Origin: Bacillota bacterium | GTDB lineage: Bacteria > Bacillota > Sulfobacillia > JAJZYS01 > JAILZS01 | Direction: 5' to 3' | Assembly (NCBI GenBank): GCA_023512375.1 | Contig: JAILZS010000003.1 | Coordinates: 27,260-91,259, forward strand | Length of the DNA: 64,000 nt | In this document: positions 63,172 to 64,000 of the stretch, one piece after another | Numbering within the stretch: the stretch's first letter is position 1 | How the letters are laid out: every line of letters starts with the position of its first letter | Notes under the pieces: generated by a model | What the model was told of the DNA's origin: nothing | What the model saw: only the letters and a program-made list of their open reading frames with translations | Database searches by the model: none | Position numbers and translations under genes: made by a program

Positions 63172-63671
63172 ACCTGCGGCGGATGCCGTGCGTCCCCTGG
63201 GCGACGTGGTTCGCCCTCGTCGAGGCCGACACGGGGAAGCAGAGGCTTGTTCCTCCAACCTGTGCCGGCGTAACCCAGGCTCCATCCCAAGGGCGGCTGG
63301 CAGACGTCGCCCGCTTGGGAACAACCCAGGCAGCAGGGGCCCGGGGCTCACAGAAGGAAAGCCGAGGGGGCATGTCCAATCATGTCCAACAAATCGGCTG
63401 CTGTTTCATACCACAAGGGCGGTGGCAGCGGCTAGGAGGGCGGCGAAATTGTGGCTGTGGGCGGGCACCCGAGCGGGCAAGGCGGCACCTCCAGGGTCGG
63501 CGCGAGCCGGCTGACCGGCGCCGGGCGGGTCGGTCGCCGCTGCGGTCGGTCCAGCACCATGCGAGCACGACCGGCCCACAGCCTCCAGTGTCCTGCGTTC
63601 GTCGTACGGTTCCCAAGGGTCTGGACTGCCAAGGGATCGTTCGTCCTAAGTCAACATAATATACATTATCG
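63100..63671 (+). ncRNA. probable TnpB-associated omega-RNA (right-end element RNA) region
   Basis: By established knowledge, TnpB omega-RNAs derive from the 3' end of tnpB and the IS right end. This segment is non-coding after 63171, has extensive stem potential (for example cccaagggcgg...ccgcttggg), and carries four copies of a CAAGGG-containing motif (63287, 63411, 63613, 63630). Exact ends unknown. Confidence 0.3.
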
Positions 63672-63785
63672 GACATAGGGAGGACGAGCTCCGCCACGGT
63701 TGGGTGCGCAGTCCCCCGCAAACGGTCGACAGCCGGCCTGCGGTCCACGTCGCCGGCCCTCCGCTTCGCCCTTCTGGTCGGCGTC

Positions 63786-64000
63786 ATGAGCTTCTTCGCG
63801 CACTTCACGCACGAAGGCTCACGCAGCATCGTCGGGCAGTACCTGGCGCTGCTCGGCCTGGGGGCGTTCGGCATCGCCGCGGTCGGCGGGCCCGGCGAGC
63901 TCGCCGGCTACGGTCTGCGCCAGGTTTCCTGCCGCCTGTTGGCCCGTCGCCGCGGCGCGGGTCGTGCGGAAACGCTCGTTCAGGCGACGCGCAACCCGCC
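63786..64000 (+). CDS. MFS transporter, N-terminal part (3' end outside the window; start uncertain)
   Basis: Frame reads ...LRFALLVGVMSFFAHFTHEGSRSIVGQYLALLGLGAFGIAAVGG..., the characteristic TM1 region of MFS transporters, and stays open to the window end. First ATG at 63786. The true start is probably a non-ATG codon upstream (about 63720). Confidence 0.5.
   Translation, partial: MSFFAHFTHEGSRSIVGQYLALLGLGAFGIAAVGGPGELAGYGLRQVSCRLLARRRGAGRAETLVQATRNP

Larger units (their letters stand above)
60907..63671 (+). mobile_element. IS607-family insertion sequence (tnpA serine recombinase plus tnpB), about 2.76 kb
   Basis: Contains an IS607-type TnpA (MerR-like HTH plus serine-recombinase catalytic domain) followed by TnpB with overlapping gene ends. 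Locally lower-GC ends (cactttgactggacttagtagg at the left end, cctaagtcaacataatatacattatcgg at the right end) form an imperfect inverted pair GACTTAG/CTAAGTC. The hexamer GAGGAC flanks both sides (60901-60906 and 63672-63677). Boundaries are approximate. Confidence 0.7.

Noticed and set aside
1-64000. CRISPR arrays, rRNA or tRNA genes, large direct repeats
   Set aside because: No regularly spaced direct repeats. Non-coding gaps are all under 600 nt and lack rRNA/tRNA signatures. The only repeated short motifs are those inside the IS right end and the cupredoxin low-complexity coding region.

Overview
This is a high-GC (about 72%), gene-dense chromosomal window with no rRNA, tRNA or CRISPR. 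The gene content (DegV/DAK2, SufU, plsX, a T-box leader) fits a high-GC thermophilic Firmicute such as Thermaerobacter or Symbiobacterium; that assignment is inference. Features are listed from 5' to 3'. (1) The 3' end of a glutamate synthase large-subunit gene. (2) An IclR-regulated accessory region: two MmgE/PrpD paralogs, a TIM-barrel isomerase and the IclR gene lie on the minus strand, divergent from a co-directional supra-operon of about 17 kb and 19 genes (6437-23715). That supra-operon encodes LivKHMGF-type ABC uptake plus a CoA-dependent catabolic enzyme set resembling itaconate, mesaconate and citramalate (C5-dicarboxylate) pathways, with added amidohydrolase-2, cyclase and isochorismatase-like hydrolases. 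(3) A serine-biosynthesis operon (class V aminotransferase, serA, PHP phosphatase) preceded by a recognisable T-box leader. (4) A divergently oriented HTH-DUF1232 regulator and NRAMP metal transporter. (5) A GntR/GNAT pair next to a locus combining GH127 beta-L-arabinofuranosidase, prolidase, S9 peptidase, a Dpp-type peptide transporter without ATPase genes, and a complete hydroxyproline catabolic set (DapA-family deaminase, multi-subunit D-Hyp dehydrogenase, Hyp 2-epimerase and a degenerate epimerase paralog). I read this as a candidate plant hydroxyproline-rich glycoprotein (extensin) utilisation locus. (6) plsX-DAK2-degV (fatty acid kinase-like). (7) An rrf2-sufCDSUB Fe-S assembly operon. 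(8) SIMPL, an ECF sigma/anti-sigma pair and a DmpA peptidase. (9) A small membrane-anchored cupredoxin with a Gly/Tyr-rich linker and a SHOCT protein. (10) An IS607-family element (serine-recombinase TnpA plus TnpB and a probable omega-RNA region) inserted next to a truncated-looking small ORF and an MFS transporter gene that runs off the window end. Many long six-frame ORFs are GC-driven antisense or alternate-frame artefacts and were rejected.
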